Origin: Antedon mediterranea
Taxonomy: Eukaryota > Animalia > Echinodermata
Length of the DNA: 64,000 nt
NCBI RefSeq assembly: GCF_964355755.1
Contig: NC_092677.1
Span: forward strand, 16,390,101-16,454,100
Direction of reading: 5' to 3'
Positions 1-12,865 of this stretch are shown here, piece by piece. Both the position numbers and the translations under genes were made by a program. Position 1 is the first letter of the stretch. Each line of letters starts with the position of its first letter. Under the pieces are notes generated by a model. It was not told the DNA's origin. It saw nothing but the letters and a program-made list of their open reading frames with translations, and did not search any database.

Positions 1-71
1 ACTATGTCGGTCGGTTGGTCGGTAAACACTAACTTGAGCACGCGACTGCAGTCATGTATATGGCCTTGTTT
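1..71. mobile_element. End of a Helentron/DINE-1-like (HINE) non-autonomous element, cut by the window edge
   Basis: actatgtcggtcgg...gcacgcgact...ggccttgttt resembles the reverse complement of the terminus of the element at 20746-21550. Confidence 0.5.
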
Positions 72-120
72 CACTACCCTCTCCAAACAATTATAATACT
101 TGAAAGCTAACTGTTGTATA

Positions 121-278
121 CTCTGTCTACGCTATCCAAATTTATGTGTCAGAAAAATGTGATGTGCCCAAATATGGACATAATGATGTCATATCACTAC
201 CGTATTCAAGCATAATATCACTACCATATTTGGCCACACCACATTTTTTTTGTCAAACTAGTTTGATAGTGTAGAGAC
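121..278. mobile_element. Short palindromic MITE (PIF/Harbinger-like)
   Basis: ctctgtctacgctatc ... gatagtgtagagac are imperfect inverted ends; internal sequence matches 42783-42910. Confidence 0.55.
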
Positions 279-2460
279 CATGGATTAGGGATATCCATCA
301 GTTTGAGATCAAAGCATCCATGACTATAACCGACAGACCGCGGACCGCCCACAATGTTACAAAATATACACAGTTTTAATTAACGCCCGCGTTCCTAACA
401 TATTTTTAATGCGCATGCTCAACAACCTTTAACCTTGTTGGCTACGCTTTTGCGCGCTCTTATCTTGGTGGCATGATTAATATTTATATTTTTAGCGCTA
501 GCTGCTATGGGGACGACCAAAACTTTATGCCACGAATTTAATTATAACTTTTCTGAATTCAAATTAAACGATCTCCAAGAAATATTACAAGATTATTAAA
601 AAAAGTAATTACAAGATTAAATACAAATTGTTTGTAAATTGTAGTACCCCTTGGGTTTAAAAAACATTAATTTTGCCAAAATGTTGTTATTTAGCGGTAA
701 TAGGGTACTAGCGCCCAGGCCTTCTAGGCGTACTAGCACTAGCCTATGACTTGCCGACATTGATACAACATGTAATCATGATCTATATACTCAACGTTGT
801 CTACTTCTTGTGGAAATAATAATACAGTAATAGAGAAGGTACTTTTATGCTTCGTTTGTTTATAGTTAAGTTTGCCTTATGTCTACTTTTCAAAACGAGC
901 GCTAGAGAGTAGTAGAGTCAGTGGTGGCGTATCGCAACTATACATAGCCATCCAATCCCGGATCATAGTCTGGTAGTTGAAGGGTTGAACCGGGAAAAAT
1001 GGTACAAAGCAAATTTTTAAATCGTTGGAAGCGCAATTTTATGGAGAATACGATATCCAAAATCCACAAAAATCCAACTTGGGGAAAATTTTTTAGACGC
1101 GTTTTACTTTTATTTTGTCAATTTACTTAAAAAACCACTCTTACAGTCATTATAATCGTATATCTTGGAAACCACTAACTGTAGAGTCTTTAATTTGGTC
1201 TCTAATTGTTTGTTATGTACATATTTCTATTTGCTCTTACGAAATTCTTTGTCAAAAAATGGCGGGAAAGTTTATTTCTTGACATCTTGACCTTTGACCT
1301 CATATTTCGATATCTCAATAAATACTGAGTGTACAAATTTAAAATTGGTCTAAAATTGTTCGTAAAGTGAACATTTTTATTCATGCTAATGACAAGTTTT
1401 TAAAACAAACGACATTAAAAAGGTCATTTTGAAACCATAAACTTGTATAATAACAATATAGATGGAAGATGGAACATTTTGTAATAAAATCGACTTAATT
1501 ATAAAATTAGGCCATACCATTCTTTGTAAAGGGTCCAAGTCAGTATTTAGTTTTGACCACACAAGTATCTGTAAACGTACCCACAGACTATGGAAATATG
1601 CTGCTCTCTCTCTCTGTAGGTGGAAGTTTTTGAGGCTCAATAGATGATATTGATGCTACCATATCCATAAATTTCACATACCGTAAGTTGTTTAAAGATT
1701 CACAGTTTTTGCCACCGTAGATTATTTTGAATACTTCAAGTCCAGCTTTCCCAATATCTTCGGCTGTTGCACTCTCATCACTAATTTACTTGGATAACTG
1801 TTGTAATTCCTTGGAACTACGAATTTTCTTCAGAAGATTAGTTTTTCCTTGGCCAAATATGGCAGATATCGTATCGCAGCCACTCCAAGCATGAGCGAAT
1901 GACAAATGTGATGTTACATCATTGCCAGTATTCTTGACAAGATCACAAATTTTCTACAACTTTAGCTCTTTATTATATGACTGTTTCGCTTCAGTATATC
2001 TGCCATAGTTGGATTAAAGTGGTACATCAGCAACACAAGCACGTCTGTGTCATCGGCTACCACATCAACAGTTTGCCCTTGCCGTGCGTACTCTAGAGCA
2101 AATGAAACAATCATTGTATCAGCATCTCCGGTACTTGTATGAACTACATGCCCATCTTTTTTGAGGTAGCAGCTTAACAATTCAATTAATTGACATTTAT
2201 ATTTCTCATTCGATAGAAATATGTGCTGATTACGATGTGCTTGCATTAATTCATTCAGTTGAATATCGGCGGATGTTCTTCCAACACGCCTTTGATGCTC
2301 ATGGTCTTTTATTGATGGTCCCTTTTCATAACACAATGCATGAATCTCCAAATTTTCTACGAACATAACTCACATACTGTATGGCTATATCTTTATATGT
2401 TGCTCCTTTTGCCCATTTAACTATGGTGTAAGAGCTCCTCCATTTAAAACATACATTGTA

Positions 2461-2526
2461 CATACATACTATAATTGGCGGGTTACTCGCTGTTGGATGA
2501 GTAATAAATAAATAAATAAATAAATT
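2461..2526 (+). mobile_element. Extremely 5'-truncated non-LTR retrotransposon tail inserted in Academ copy 1
   Basis: ~65 bp absent from copy 2 at the equivalent site (~37410); ends in (TAAA)n. Confidence 0.55.
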
Positions 2527-5149
2527 TTGGTTTCGTGTAAGTGATTGTGTTCTGCTGGAATCAAATATTTCAAAGAAGTTTGTAAATGACGTGGTATCCA
2601 CATTTCGCCTCGTTCAATATTGCCGATGTCGTCATTCATGGGATATGATTCAGTGTTGTACTTACTTTCTCCTATTTCTGCTCGTAAGATAGTTGCTGCA
2701 GTACATACAATTCGCTCATTTTCAATGTTTTGTTTTCTCTCCGAGTACCATTTCTCATTAAGTATGTACTTTGCCATGTTTTTGAAACAAACAATATTCC
2801 CACGTCCTTCAACCTCCGCAAAGAAAATAAATTGTTTGTAACGTTCTTCTAGCTTTTGCTTTAGTCTTTTAACTGAGTATATTATAGACTCTTCAGCTAA
2901 CTCTCTCATCTTTGTGTGTAATTCTGTAAGACTGTAGAGTTCTGCATCATCGTCTAATTCCAGCCACTGGCACAGTTTTTCAAAACATTGCAGCATTTCT
3001 TGGTGTTCATGCCTTCCTTGCTGCTATTTTACATCGTCTTTGATGAGCTCTTTATTTAGCATAAAACGTGAAAAACAATCATGATGATAAACAGCTTCTG
3101 CTGCAACTAGATATATACATCATTCATGCAGAAGTTTTTCAATTTCAGAAGCCCAAGAGTCTGCTTGTGCTGCGCATTTCTCCAAAAGTCTACCACGAAT
3201 CGGTAATGTTGTAACAATATGTACACGTGGAGTTCTATTTGGATGCCTAGTATCAACTGTAGTGGATTTCCCGCACAAAAAATCTCTCTTCCAGTTTAAA
3301 GGTAAATCATTAGATCGTAGCCTTTTCATACTTGAAACATCATCCTCACGTTCTTCATCACGCCCAACTGGGACTCTTTCATTGGTAAATTTTCCACGAC
3401 ATTTCTTTACCAATTGGTGTGGACTTGGCACATCCAGTTAAATAATTTAAAAAATCTAAATGTCCGCGGTTTTTACTGAACTCAATCATGGTGAGAATTC
3501 TCTTTCTTGTTACATTGACTGGCACAACATCATACTCATACAAAGTGTACATATCACACAACGGTCTTCATTCAAAATTCTCCACGACATTTCTTATGAA
3601 CTAATAATTTATAATTTTTTATGGAGCGGAAATAGAGAAAAAATTAAAAGAACAACACTTATTAATAAAAACGAAGACAGAGGTCTCAACATGGTTGATT
3701 TTAATGCATTAGTGAAGTCTCTAAAACTGAGCTGGGTCAAGCGTTTGCTAAGCCCAGATCCAGGGAAATGGTAATTTATCCTTAGACATTATATGTACCC
3801 AATAGAATGTAAGGTTAGTAAAATTAATACTGAAAATCATACAATTTTAAAAGATATGCCAGTGTTTTATCAACAATTATTAAGAGCTGTTGTGATTCTA
3901 AATAACATATTCAGTACAGAACCACACACTGTAAACGAAATTAAATCTCAACAATTATGGGAAAACAAGTATGTAACACTAGATGGCAAATCAATGTACT
4001 TCTGCTCCTGGTTAAATTCTAGTATCAAAACAATCAATGATTTAATTGTTGATAATGAACTAATAACATATCAAAGGTTGATTCCAATGTTATGTAACAA
4101 AGAAAACGGGTTGATTGAATACTTTGCTGTTATCAATGCCATACCGCATCAATGGAAAACAATTGTTAAAACACCGAATGTTGAAAATGAAATAGATAAA
4201 ACCTTTGACATGCTTAATTTTATAAACAAAATAAATCATCTACGTTTTATAGATATCTTATTAATAGTAAAGTCTCTATCCCACGATCACAAGTGAAATG
4301 GGAACAGGAATTTGGTGTCGATTTAAATTGGCACGCAATATGGTGTAATAAAGTTTTAAACACCAAACATATTGTAAAAGTTGCTCAATTCAACTTTAAA
4401 TTGTTAAACAGAATTATAGCATGTAGGAAAAAATCAAAACTATGGAAATTAGCTGTAAAATACAAGTAGAAAACGAAAAACATATGCTTTATACATGTAA
4501 TACAATTCAGATCAGCCAGCCTGGAGAAAGTTCAATTCAATGATTGTTAAGTGTTTTCCTGTTAACGAAACACAACACAACTTTTCAAGTTGGACTAATA
4601 TAGTCACTGGAAATACAAATAGCAAACTCATCAATGAATTAATTTCTGTTTTTTGTTTTTCAATATATAAATCATGTATAACATATAAAATAACGTTGAA
4701 AAACGAAAATGTAAAGAACGATATGGAACCTATACAGAATAGAACTTTTTAATTTAATTAAGAATGAATACGCATGTAACATTATCAATGCTAGAAAAAA
4801 ATGGGCTAACGTCAAAGAAAAACTGTCAGATTTTTTTCAGTAAACTTTAATGGAAATAAAGTATATTGTCTGTATGTATACGTATATTATACTTTTAATT
4901 TGTGTATATACATTTCAATTTTATTACTTGACAGTTTTTATAGGTTTTTTTTATGCCCGTGTATATAGGTCTAATGTATTATATTTGTGTATATTTTTTA
5001 TCGTTCATGGTTTTAATGTTAATTTTATGCATATGTGTATATGGGTATGTGTATGTATATATATGTTTGATATATGTAGTATGTATTTCTATATATATAC
5101 GTGTGAATGTATTGATATTATATATATATACAAATATGAATGAAAAAAA

Positions 5150-5742
5150 ATCAAGACTCAGGTTAATAATTCAACATATTTATTAACACTACAAACTGTT
5201 TCATGAGAGATAAAATACCTCCTCAATCTTCAAGTGTTAGGCTCTGAGTAAAGTAATTAGAAGAGACTGTTTATAGTTAATATATGCAAGCAACAGAAAA
5301 ATAGTTGTATATTCAACCGTTCTATTTATCAATAGGTGTCTTTAATTAGTAACCTTTATATCTCAATAAGAATTTTCTTCTGTGTCTGCATGTGCTAAAT
5401 AATTCGTTTCTTTGATTAAGAGAGCAAATATCAGGCTTATATATAATGAAATATTTCTCTTGCAGACATAGTTTGCAGCGTTTACTTATATTGGAATAAG
5501 GCTTACATTTGGCTAATACTCGCCATTTAATATTATATTTAATGTTGTCATCTTTAGTTTCCAAACATGTTAGCTAAGCGCTGTACTATTTTTATACTTT
5601 TCATTACAGAATGAGCTTGTATGCCCATTGTATCTACACTTAAATGTATTTTCTGTCAGTCCAACATATGTTTCAATTTTGTTAGTGCCATTTCTTGTGA
5701 CAGCCTGGTATACTACTGTTAAGCATTTCCCTAAAGGGCAAA
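5150..5742 (-). mobile_element. Penelope-like element 3' fragment (GIY-YIG endonuclease and 3' UTR)
   Basis: VVYQA..ETYVGLTENTFK.RY..H..SF and CKLCLQEK...[13 protein letters not shown]. Confidence 0.85.
5184..5249 (-). ncRNA. Type I hammerhead ribozyme motif, core variant, in Penelope 3' region
   Basis: Minus strand: taacac-TTGAAGA-stem II (tgag..ctca)-GAAA-cagtttg-TA-gtgtta. Stem I is 6 bp; the first core C appears as T. Confidence 0.6.
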
Positions 5743-7324
5743 TCAAATACAAATATATAAACTGAAAGATACACAAATTATGATAAATAAGTTAACAAAC
5801 GTTTCATAACTAAACAACTTTATTACAATATATTTTGTAATAGATAACATAACAAAAAAATATGCAGAAAATAATATAAATATATATATGAGATTCTGTA
5901 ATTGTTGAATAAAGGTGGTAGTTAACCACAAAAGATAAAAAAAAACTAATACTTTACCAATTGGTGTGGACTTGGCACATTCAGTTAAATAATTTAACAA
6001 ATCTAAATGTCCACGGTTTTTACTGAACTCAATCATGGTGAGAATTCCCTTTCTTGTTACATTGACTGGCACAACATCATACTCATACAAAGTGTACATA
6101 TCACACAACGGTCTTCATTAAAGTTGTTATAGACAATAATATTTTCCATCTTTGACTTTTGTATTGATATCAAAAGTTATTCTCACTGTAGACCTATGAT
6201 GTGTCTGATCTTTTAGGCTCTACCAATATTTAAATGTAGCTTAACTAGACATTTTACACACATTATATATATAAAGTATATAACTTAAACTGCTAATTAG
6301 ATATTAATAAATAATATTATTCATAAGATTTTGTTTAATACCTAACTTTCATAAAAAACCATGCTCAAAAAAGTTTTTCAGAAAATGAATAATTTAAAAA
6401 ACCTAAATGTATATTAACTTTTCTGATTGGCCTAATAGATGAAGTTTGCATACAAAATACTAAATACACCAATCAGAATTAAGCTTACATTGTTAGCTAG
6501 GCAATGCCCTTAGGTTAAATAAAGGTTACAGATTTACACTGTGTGTGATGATTGTGTGGTAAATCAGATTTCTTATTTAACTTTGTAAGTAGGCTGTAAC
6601 TACAAACCTGAACACAGGTTATTAATATTTGTAGACATTTTAGGCAATGTACAATTAAAGTAAATAATTTGAGTAAAACTAAGCTACTTGATACTCTAGG
6701 CCTAGGCCTAGTCACTGACTGTGCTAGATAGGCCTGGCAATGCATTTCAGGTCCCTGTGTTAATTACTAGGCCCGTAAAGGAGGCAGTAGAAAAACGTAT
6801 CTAAAATGTTTTCCCCAAGCTAGATTTTTGTCGATTTTGGATATGTTGTTCTGATATGATGTAAAAATTTGCTTTGTACCATTTTTTCCGGGTAGGGCCT
6901 ATATTTTTGGTTCAACTACCAGACTACAAGTGGGTCTCCAAAAAGTCAAGTCAAGTCAAGTCAACACGGGAGTGCCGCTATATCTAAAGAACGTAGACAT
7001 ACTTCCAGAAAAAACATCATGTAGCTTGGAGTCAACACAGGACAACGACGACTCCTCAATTGATGGCCACAGTTCAGTACAACAATTACCTACCATCACG
7101 TCGTGTTTCGTTCTTCACGGCATCGTCTCTTTTGTTTTATCTAGCCAGTACAACTTCGCTTTCCACACTGTCGTTCCTACCCACCTGATCATTTTAAAAA
7201 GGACGAGGATATACGTACCGCCACTGAACGTATAACAAAAGATAGTTATACGTACAGCCGCTGGACGTATAATGTGTATTTTGTTACACGTACCGCAGTT
7301 GGTCGCCGCTGGACGTACAACGTG

Positions 7325-7433
7325 TAAAACTCGTCCTAAATAATAAAGCTCTTCCCAAATATTAAAACTCGTCCTCAATAGTAAAACTCGTCCTAAATAT
7401 TAAAACTCGTCCTAATTATTAGAAACCTAACCC
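7325..7433. repeat. Short tandem repeats (aaaactcgtcctaaat-like, ~5 copies) followed by cctaaccct; probable subterminal region of a non-autonomous DNA element
   Basis: Repeats are directly visible; family assignment is uncertain. Confidence 0.5.
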
Positions 7434-10104
7434 TCTAAATAATCTCTCTTCAATTAAAAAAATAATCAGAGCAGTCGTCAAGCAGAGAATCGATCCTACA
7501 ACCTCTAGGCCATAGCCTCATCACAAACCCACCACGCCACACAGCTGGCTTTCAGAAAAACCTTTTCCATAAAAATGGTAGAGCGTATACTCTCACAACC
7601 GTCTCATCCCAGAATACGAATTTCTCCCATCATTAGTCCGTATTAGATCTCTTTACACTCGAACTGGTAGATATAGAAAGTCATTTATTCCGAACTCTAT
7701 ATAACAGCAAAACATCTAGATAAGATTAGTATAACTATAAGCTGTGTCTCATTGTAGGGATCATGACAATTTGATATTGGAATTTCTCCTTTGTCTGTAT
7801 GCTCTTTGTATCTTTAGATGTGTTTTTTCATTATCGTGTTTTTTTATGTTTTTTTTATAATTTTAAGAGCTTTGTACAAATTACAAATTTTATACATTTG
7901 ATAATAAATGCTGTGCAAGCAGCACATTTATTCATCTTGGCATCGGTCGTTTATACAGAGTGTTCGAGAAAGAAACCGCTAATTTGTAGGTATATTTTGA
8001 TAATATTCAATCTATCCGTGGCTAAAGTGTTTTTCTTAAAAAGGGGAGATGTTAAGCCACATTCCCAATTTAGACATACAGTAGGTGTACTAATGACGTA
8101 CGCTACCTAATCAAGGGTATAAATATGCCTACGTGGCTGATCACTAAGGTCAAAGGAGTCGAAAAGAATCTTATTAAAAAAAAAAAATAATAATATTTCT
8201 GTTGATTAATGTACGTGATATAGCAGTCAACGTTATATATACATAATAGTAAATATTTGTAATTATTTTATTATGTTATAGGCCTACTTTTTTCTTATTT
8301 TACAATATAGTTTATCTCAATTGTTGAACATAGTTTCTAAAAATAGTTCCATTACACGGAATAATTTTCCAAACAACAGTAAAGAAAATATTTGGAGACA
8401 TTTGAATCAAAATCAGTGATAAGATAACAACAAACTGACAACAACTTTTTATTATCTACAGAAATTTCAGTCTTAAAGAAAAGTAAAAAAGTAAGTTGTA
8501 AATTATGGAAAAATACATTATGGGATAATTAGTGTAGGCCTAGTTACGGTACTCAGCTTCTCTCGATGTTTTTACATCGAAAATTAATGGAATCGTTTAA
8601 CAATTGAACATTTAGTCAAAGTTTAGACTTTTTGCTATTACACATTTATCTGTTTGCAGGGCTATAGCCACCGGTACGATTGGACATGTTTGCAGGACAC
8701 CCATAGGTTATTCATATCGTTGTATCACATTAATTAATTAATAGGTCTAATACGGTATATCATATAATTAAAATGCGAATGGGTCTGAAGATTAGTAAAA
8801 TACACTTATAGGTAGTAGCTAGTAATGTTTCCTACAGAATTCAGATTAGGATTTCTATAAAACCTACTACTGTCATGTTCAAAAATCTTGAAAGTACTAT
8901 TTTAGATTGACAATTGTATCATAATTGATTGATCTCTCGATTTCGACAGAAGATTGGATTGAAGGGGAAATATGTTGGCCTAGGTCTTAAATTTCTCTCT
9001 TTCTTATCATATTTATAACCTCTTTGTTAAGCCAAGGAGGTGATTTTGTTCGTGTTCTACGACTTTTTAGAGATGCATGATTATTTAAAACGTTAAAAGG
9101 AACATATATCCTCAAAGCATTTGGCTTGAGCATCAATGTCTCCTTGTTGTTTATTTGGTCCCATGGTGTTTGGGTTAATTCAATTAATTATATTAAATAT
9201 ATATTTCCTCCATGGTTAATTCAAATAAAAAGTCAATTTCGTTATGCCTGAGTGAAGAACACCAACGTTAATAATTTAGTAAAGTTTGAAACATATATTA
9301 TAGTATCAATAAGTGTGGCTGATATTAGGCTCAGATATCAATTGTTTTAAAATGTAATCAATTTAATCGAATACGTTAATACATGTATAAAATAATTATT
9401 ATTGGATTACACTTAAAAGGATTTAATTCTACAATTAATAATTTTAAATTTTGAGAAACGATGTCATTTCTTATTATATTAGTTTACAGATAATCGAACG
9501 GCCACGTACATTCCCATGAAATGTAGACTATTTGCACTATAGACTTAATCAAGGGTAAATTAACAATAATACTGCGTGCTTGGTGATCGCTGAGGTAAAA
9601 GAGAAATCTTCTTTCCCACACTGTAGTTTAAAACTATTTCTTAAAACAATACTGTTGTGCAATATACGTGATGGTACAGTCAAGTGGATTGTAAACACAT
9701 ATGTACAATTTCAAATTTAAAATCTGTATCTGAGAATTTTATATTTTAGACATTTTGGGATTTTTGAGATGCAGTATCTTCATAAATAATTCATAGACCA
9801 TGTTTCTATTTTTTTTCTGTATGACTTCTTGAGAGGGTTGGTAAACAGCATACGGAATTTGTTATTATGGTATTCTTAAATATGTTTTTATTGAGGAAGC
9901 TGCAAAAAGTGTGATTTTTTACAAATTGTATATATAATTTTGAAGTTTTGACCATTTATAAGGAGTGATATCATTAAAAATAGCTTACCATATGTTTTTA
10001 TATTCACGAATTAGGTATTCTAATTTGATAGTGACACATTGGTGTAATTTCAGCGAGGAAAAGTTATTACGCAAATTATTGTTTTTAGTGTAAATTTAAA
10101 AACA

Positions 10105-10525
10105 CTAGATGGTTTACACAGTAATTTCAGCGTAAAAAACTGGCGATTTCAAATGTACGTACCGCAGGACTATAATACATCGTCATTTACAGAAACGAAT
10201 AAATAGACACGATAATTTATGTAGTCAACTAAAATTAGCACCCTGGGAATTAGGCCTACTTCCGAAGGAGTTTTTTATTTGAACTCATTTAAACAAACCC
10301 AATTTGTGTTTTGTATATAACATTAGAGTTGAAGGTTGGGGAAGAGGATGGGAAGAACAATGTTAAAATATATTCTTTATCCACTGAGTAAAGAAATATT
10401 GTTTTAAATGTTTTATAGGCCTATCAATAATATACCACTAAACACAGTAAAACATTTACGATTTTAAAACTGTCCCTGTTATAGTCGGTTGAAAGTACAT
10501 GTAACGATACACAACTACGACGTTT
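10105..10525 (-). mobile_element. Truncated non-autonomous Helitron, copy C
   Basis: Begins A|CTAGATGG and aligns to 32192-33000; the terminal hairpin is deleted. Confidence 0.7.
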
Positions 10526-10549
10526 ATATTTTTTATTATTATTTAATAC

Positions 10550-11941
10550 AAACATTGAGATCCCAGTGGTTTTCTTTGTCTTTGCGAGTTTTGTCACTCC
10601 ATTTAACATCGTGGTCTATTGCAATAACTCTGAAATCGAGTGACCAGCTGAATTAAAATTTTGGTTAGACAATTGTCTTAGCCGAAAAATGCGGCCAGTT
10701 TGGTTACTCTTAAATTTTTCATTAGAATCAACCAATGAACAAGTTTTGCAAGATTTGCCGCAAAGGTGACTGCCCAAATTTAGGCTGTCATGAAAGTTAA
10801 TTTCACTCTTAAATTTGGATCTGACTAATATATCACGAAGGTTGGGAGGTCTACGAAATGCAATAATGGGTGGTTCCGGAAAAACAGTCCTGAGACGTTC
10901 TGTGGACTGTAGAATGGGCATATGTTTCTCAACAATAGCCCGTAATGGAGGCAACCTAGGGTGATAGGTTGTGACCAATGGCACTCTGGTCGACGTGGTT
11001 TGTACGTCAGTATTTGACATCGAGGAATATCTTTTGCTTTCTTTATAGCAGTGTCGATGTATTCCTTCTTGTAATTTCTATTCCGGAGATGTCCGGTTAG
11101 TTCTTCGGTACGATTCTGAAAATCTAAATCTAAAGAACAGATACGTCTGATACGTAATGCTTGACTGTACGGTATGTTTTTAGTACAGTGTCGGGGGTGA
11201 CAACTGCTAGGGAGCAGGTACATATTTTTATCCGTGGGTTTACGGAATAGGTCAGTTTTGAGTGTACCATTTTCTATGGTCACTATAGTGTCCAAAAAAT
11301 CAACGCTACTAGTGGATTTGGTAGCTGTAAATTTGATAGTTGGGTGGGCTGAAATAATATTGAGAAGAAAAGATTCCAAATTATCTTCACCATGGGTCCA
11401 GATCATGAAGATGTCGTCAATGTATCTAAACCAAACAAGTGGTTTATTTGGTTGGAGAGACAGAAAATTGGCCTCAAATTTCCCCATAAATAAATTTGCA
11501 AAAGATGGCGCCATTTTTGTGCCCATCGCTGTGCCATGAATTTGAAGGTAATGGTCATTTCCAAAAATAAAATTGTTGTTGGTTAAAATCAACATGACCA
11601 GTTCTCGTAAATGAGCTTTTAGTAGGCGTTTTGCCTGGAATTTGTATGTAATTTAAAATACATGCGTCGGCTCCTTCTTCGTGAGAGATATTAGTATACA
11701 ATGATGAAACATCTAATGTAGCCAGAACAGAATTATTAGGTATATTTTGAATTTGGTTAATTTTGCTGATAAAGTCCGTGGAGTCCTGAATGTATGAAGG
11801 GAGATCAGTCACATATGGTCTAAGTAAATCATCCACATATTCAGAAATTTTCTCTGTAGCAGTGCCATTGCCCAAAATAATGGGTCTACCAGGATTGCCT
11901 GCTTTGTGGATTTTAGGTAGGAAATAAAATCTGCCTGAAAC
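10550..11941 (-). mobile_element. Penelope-like retroelement, RT plus GIY-YIG remnant (3' part), frameshifted
   Basis: GRFYFLPKIHK..NPGRPI, LDVSSLYTNI, GTAMGTKMAPSFANLFM, WFRYIDDIF, NIPYSQALRIRRICS, AFRRPPNLRDILV, CKTC. Confidence 0.93.
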
Positions 11942-12865
11942 GAGCGGGGTTGGTGAATCGCTGTTGTTTGTCCATAATAGGTGACTTTCATAATTGGCTG
12001 TCCAAAATAGGTGACTTTTTGTCCACAATAGGCGAGTTTATTGGAGTAGTGCGCCATCCATTGTGTTGTCCATAATAGGTGATTTTTTTTTGCGTACTCG
12101 TACGTACGTAGTTTATTTCGCGAGTAGAAGTAATAAATACTAATAGGAGGCCTAATTAGTATAAACATTTAAGTCTTTCTAGCCTAGGCCTAGGCTAGTC
12201 CTGTTAGTTAGGCTACCTCTATAGATAGGCCTACTAGTACTACTAGCCTAGGCCTAGTCCATTTGTTATTGTCCACTAATAATAATGAAAATTTATTCAG
12301 CAACAAATAATTTAATTTGAACCTCATTTTAGGTTTGATAGTACGGACAGACATTACGCAACTTACCATACTATTGCAAGTTTAAATAAATCACCAAACC
12401 CACACATTCTTTTACAAAAATAAAAAAATACCCCATAATACTCTAATACCGTAATAATATTGATACAGTTTTATTTTTATAAATGCATTGGTGTTTCAAT
12501 GTAATTGTTGTATTTTTTTTTCTTTGGACTTATTTTGTTTTGTTAACAGTAATAATAAAAATCAACTTTATCAATTTAATATTGAAAAAGACATCACAGT
12601 TCAGCACTTCATTTGTCATTTTAGGTCCTCCCCTATTTCAAAATTCTGGATCCACATAGCTCAATGACAAAGTCTAAAGTGGATTAACAGCAGCACATCT
12701 CATCCATTTATTATATTGTTTAATTAAATGAATCAATATTAATGTTTAATAATAAAAAATACGACAATAAAACAAGTTTACATACACGCAGTGTACAATC
12801 AACACCTTTGTTCTGTATTCAGAACAGTTTATTCAAAATCTAAATCACATTTAAAAAATACTGAA

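Larger units (their letters stand above)
3607..5943 (+). mobile_element. L1/Tx1-clade LINE 3' fragment (ORF2 C-terminal part, frameshifted), composite with a Penelope fragment
   Basis: Peptides FLWSGNREKIKR, GLNMVDF..KSLKLSWVKRLL, QLWENKY and AIPHQWK are typical of L1/Tx1 ORF2. Bounded by AACTAATA at 3599-3606 and 5944-5951; ends in AATAAA plus an A-rich tail. Confidence 0.8.
966..6926 (-). mobile_element. AcademX-type DNA transposon, internally deleted non-autonomous copy 1, carrying nested insertions
   Basis: Termini TAGTCTGGTAGTTGAA (966) and TTCAACTACCAGACTA (6926) with ~140-170 bp imperfect TIRs. Minus-strand fragments encode GDADTMIV, ADDTDVLVLL, HAWSGCDT and RAAYFHSL..LQ..W (XPG/PIN-like). 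Near-identical to 35097-38630. No clean TSD seen. Confidence 0.85.

Noticed and set aside
4850-5186. Hydrophobic Tyr/Ile/Cys-rich ORFs
   Set aside because: Translation of TA/TG low-complexity LINE UTR sequence.
7600-10100. Possible exons in an AT-rich stretch
   Set aside because: No convincing ORF, in-phase splice pair or repeat structure could be established by eye.
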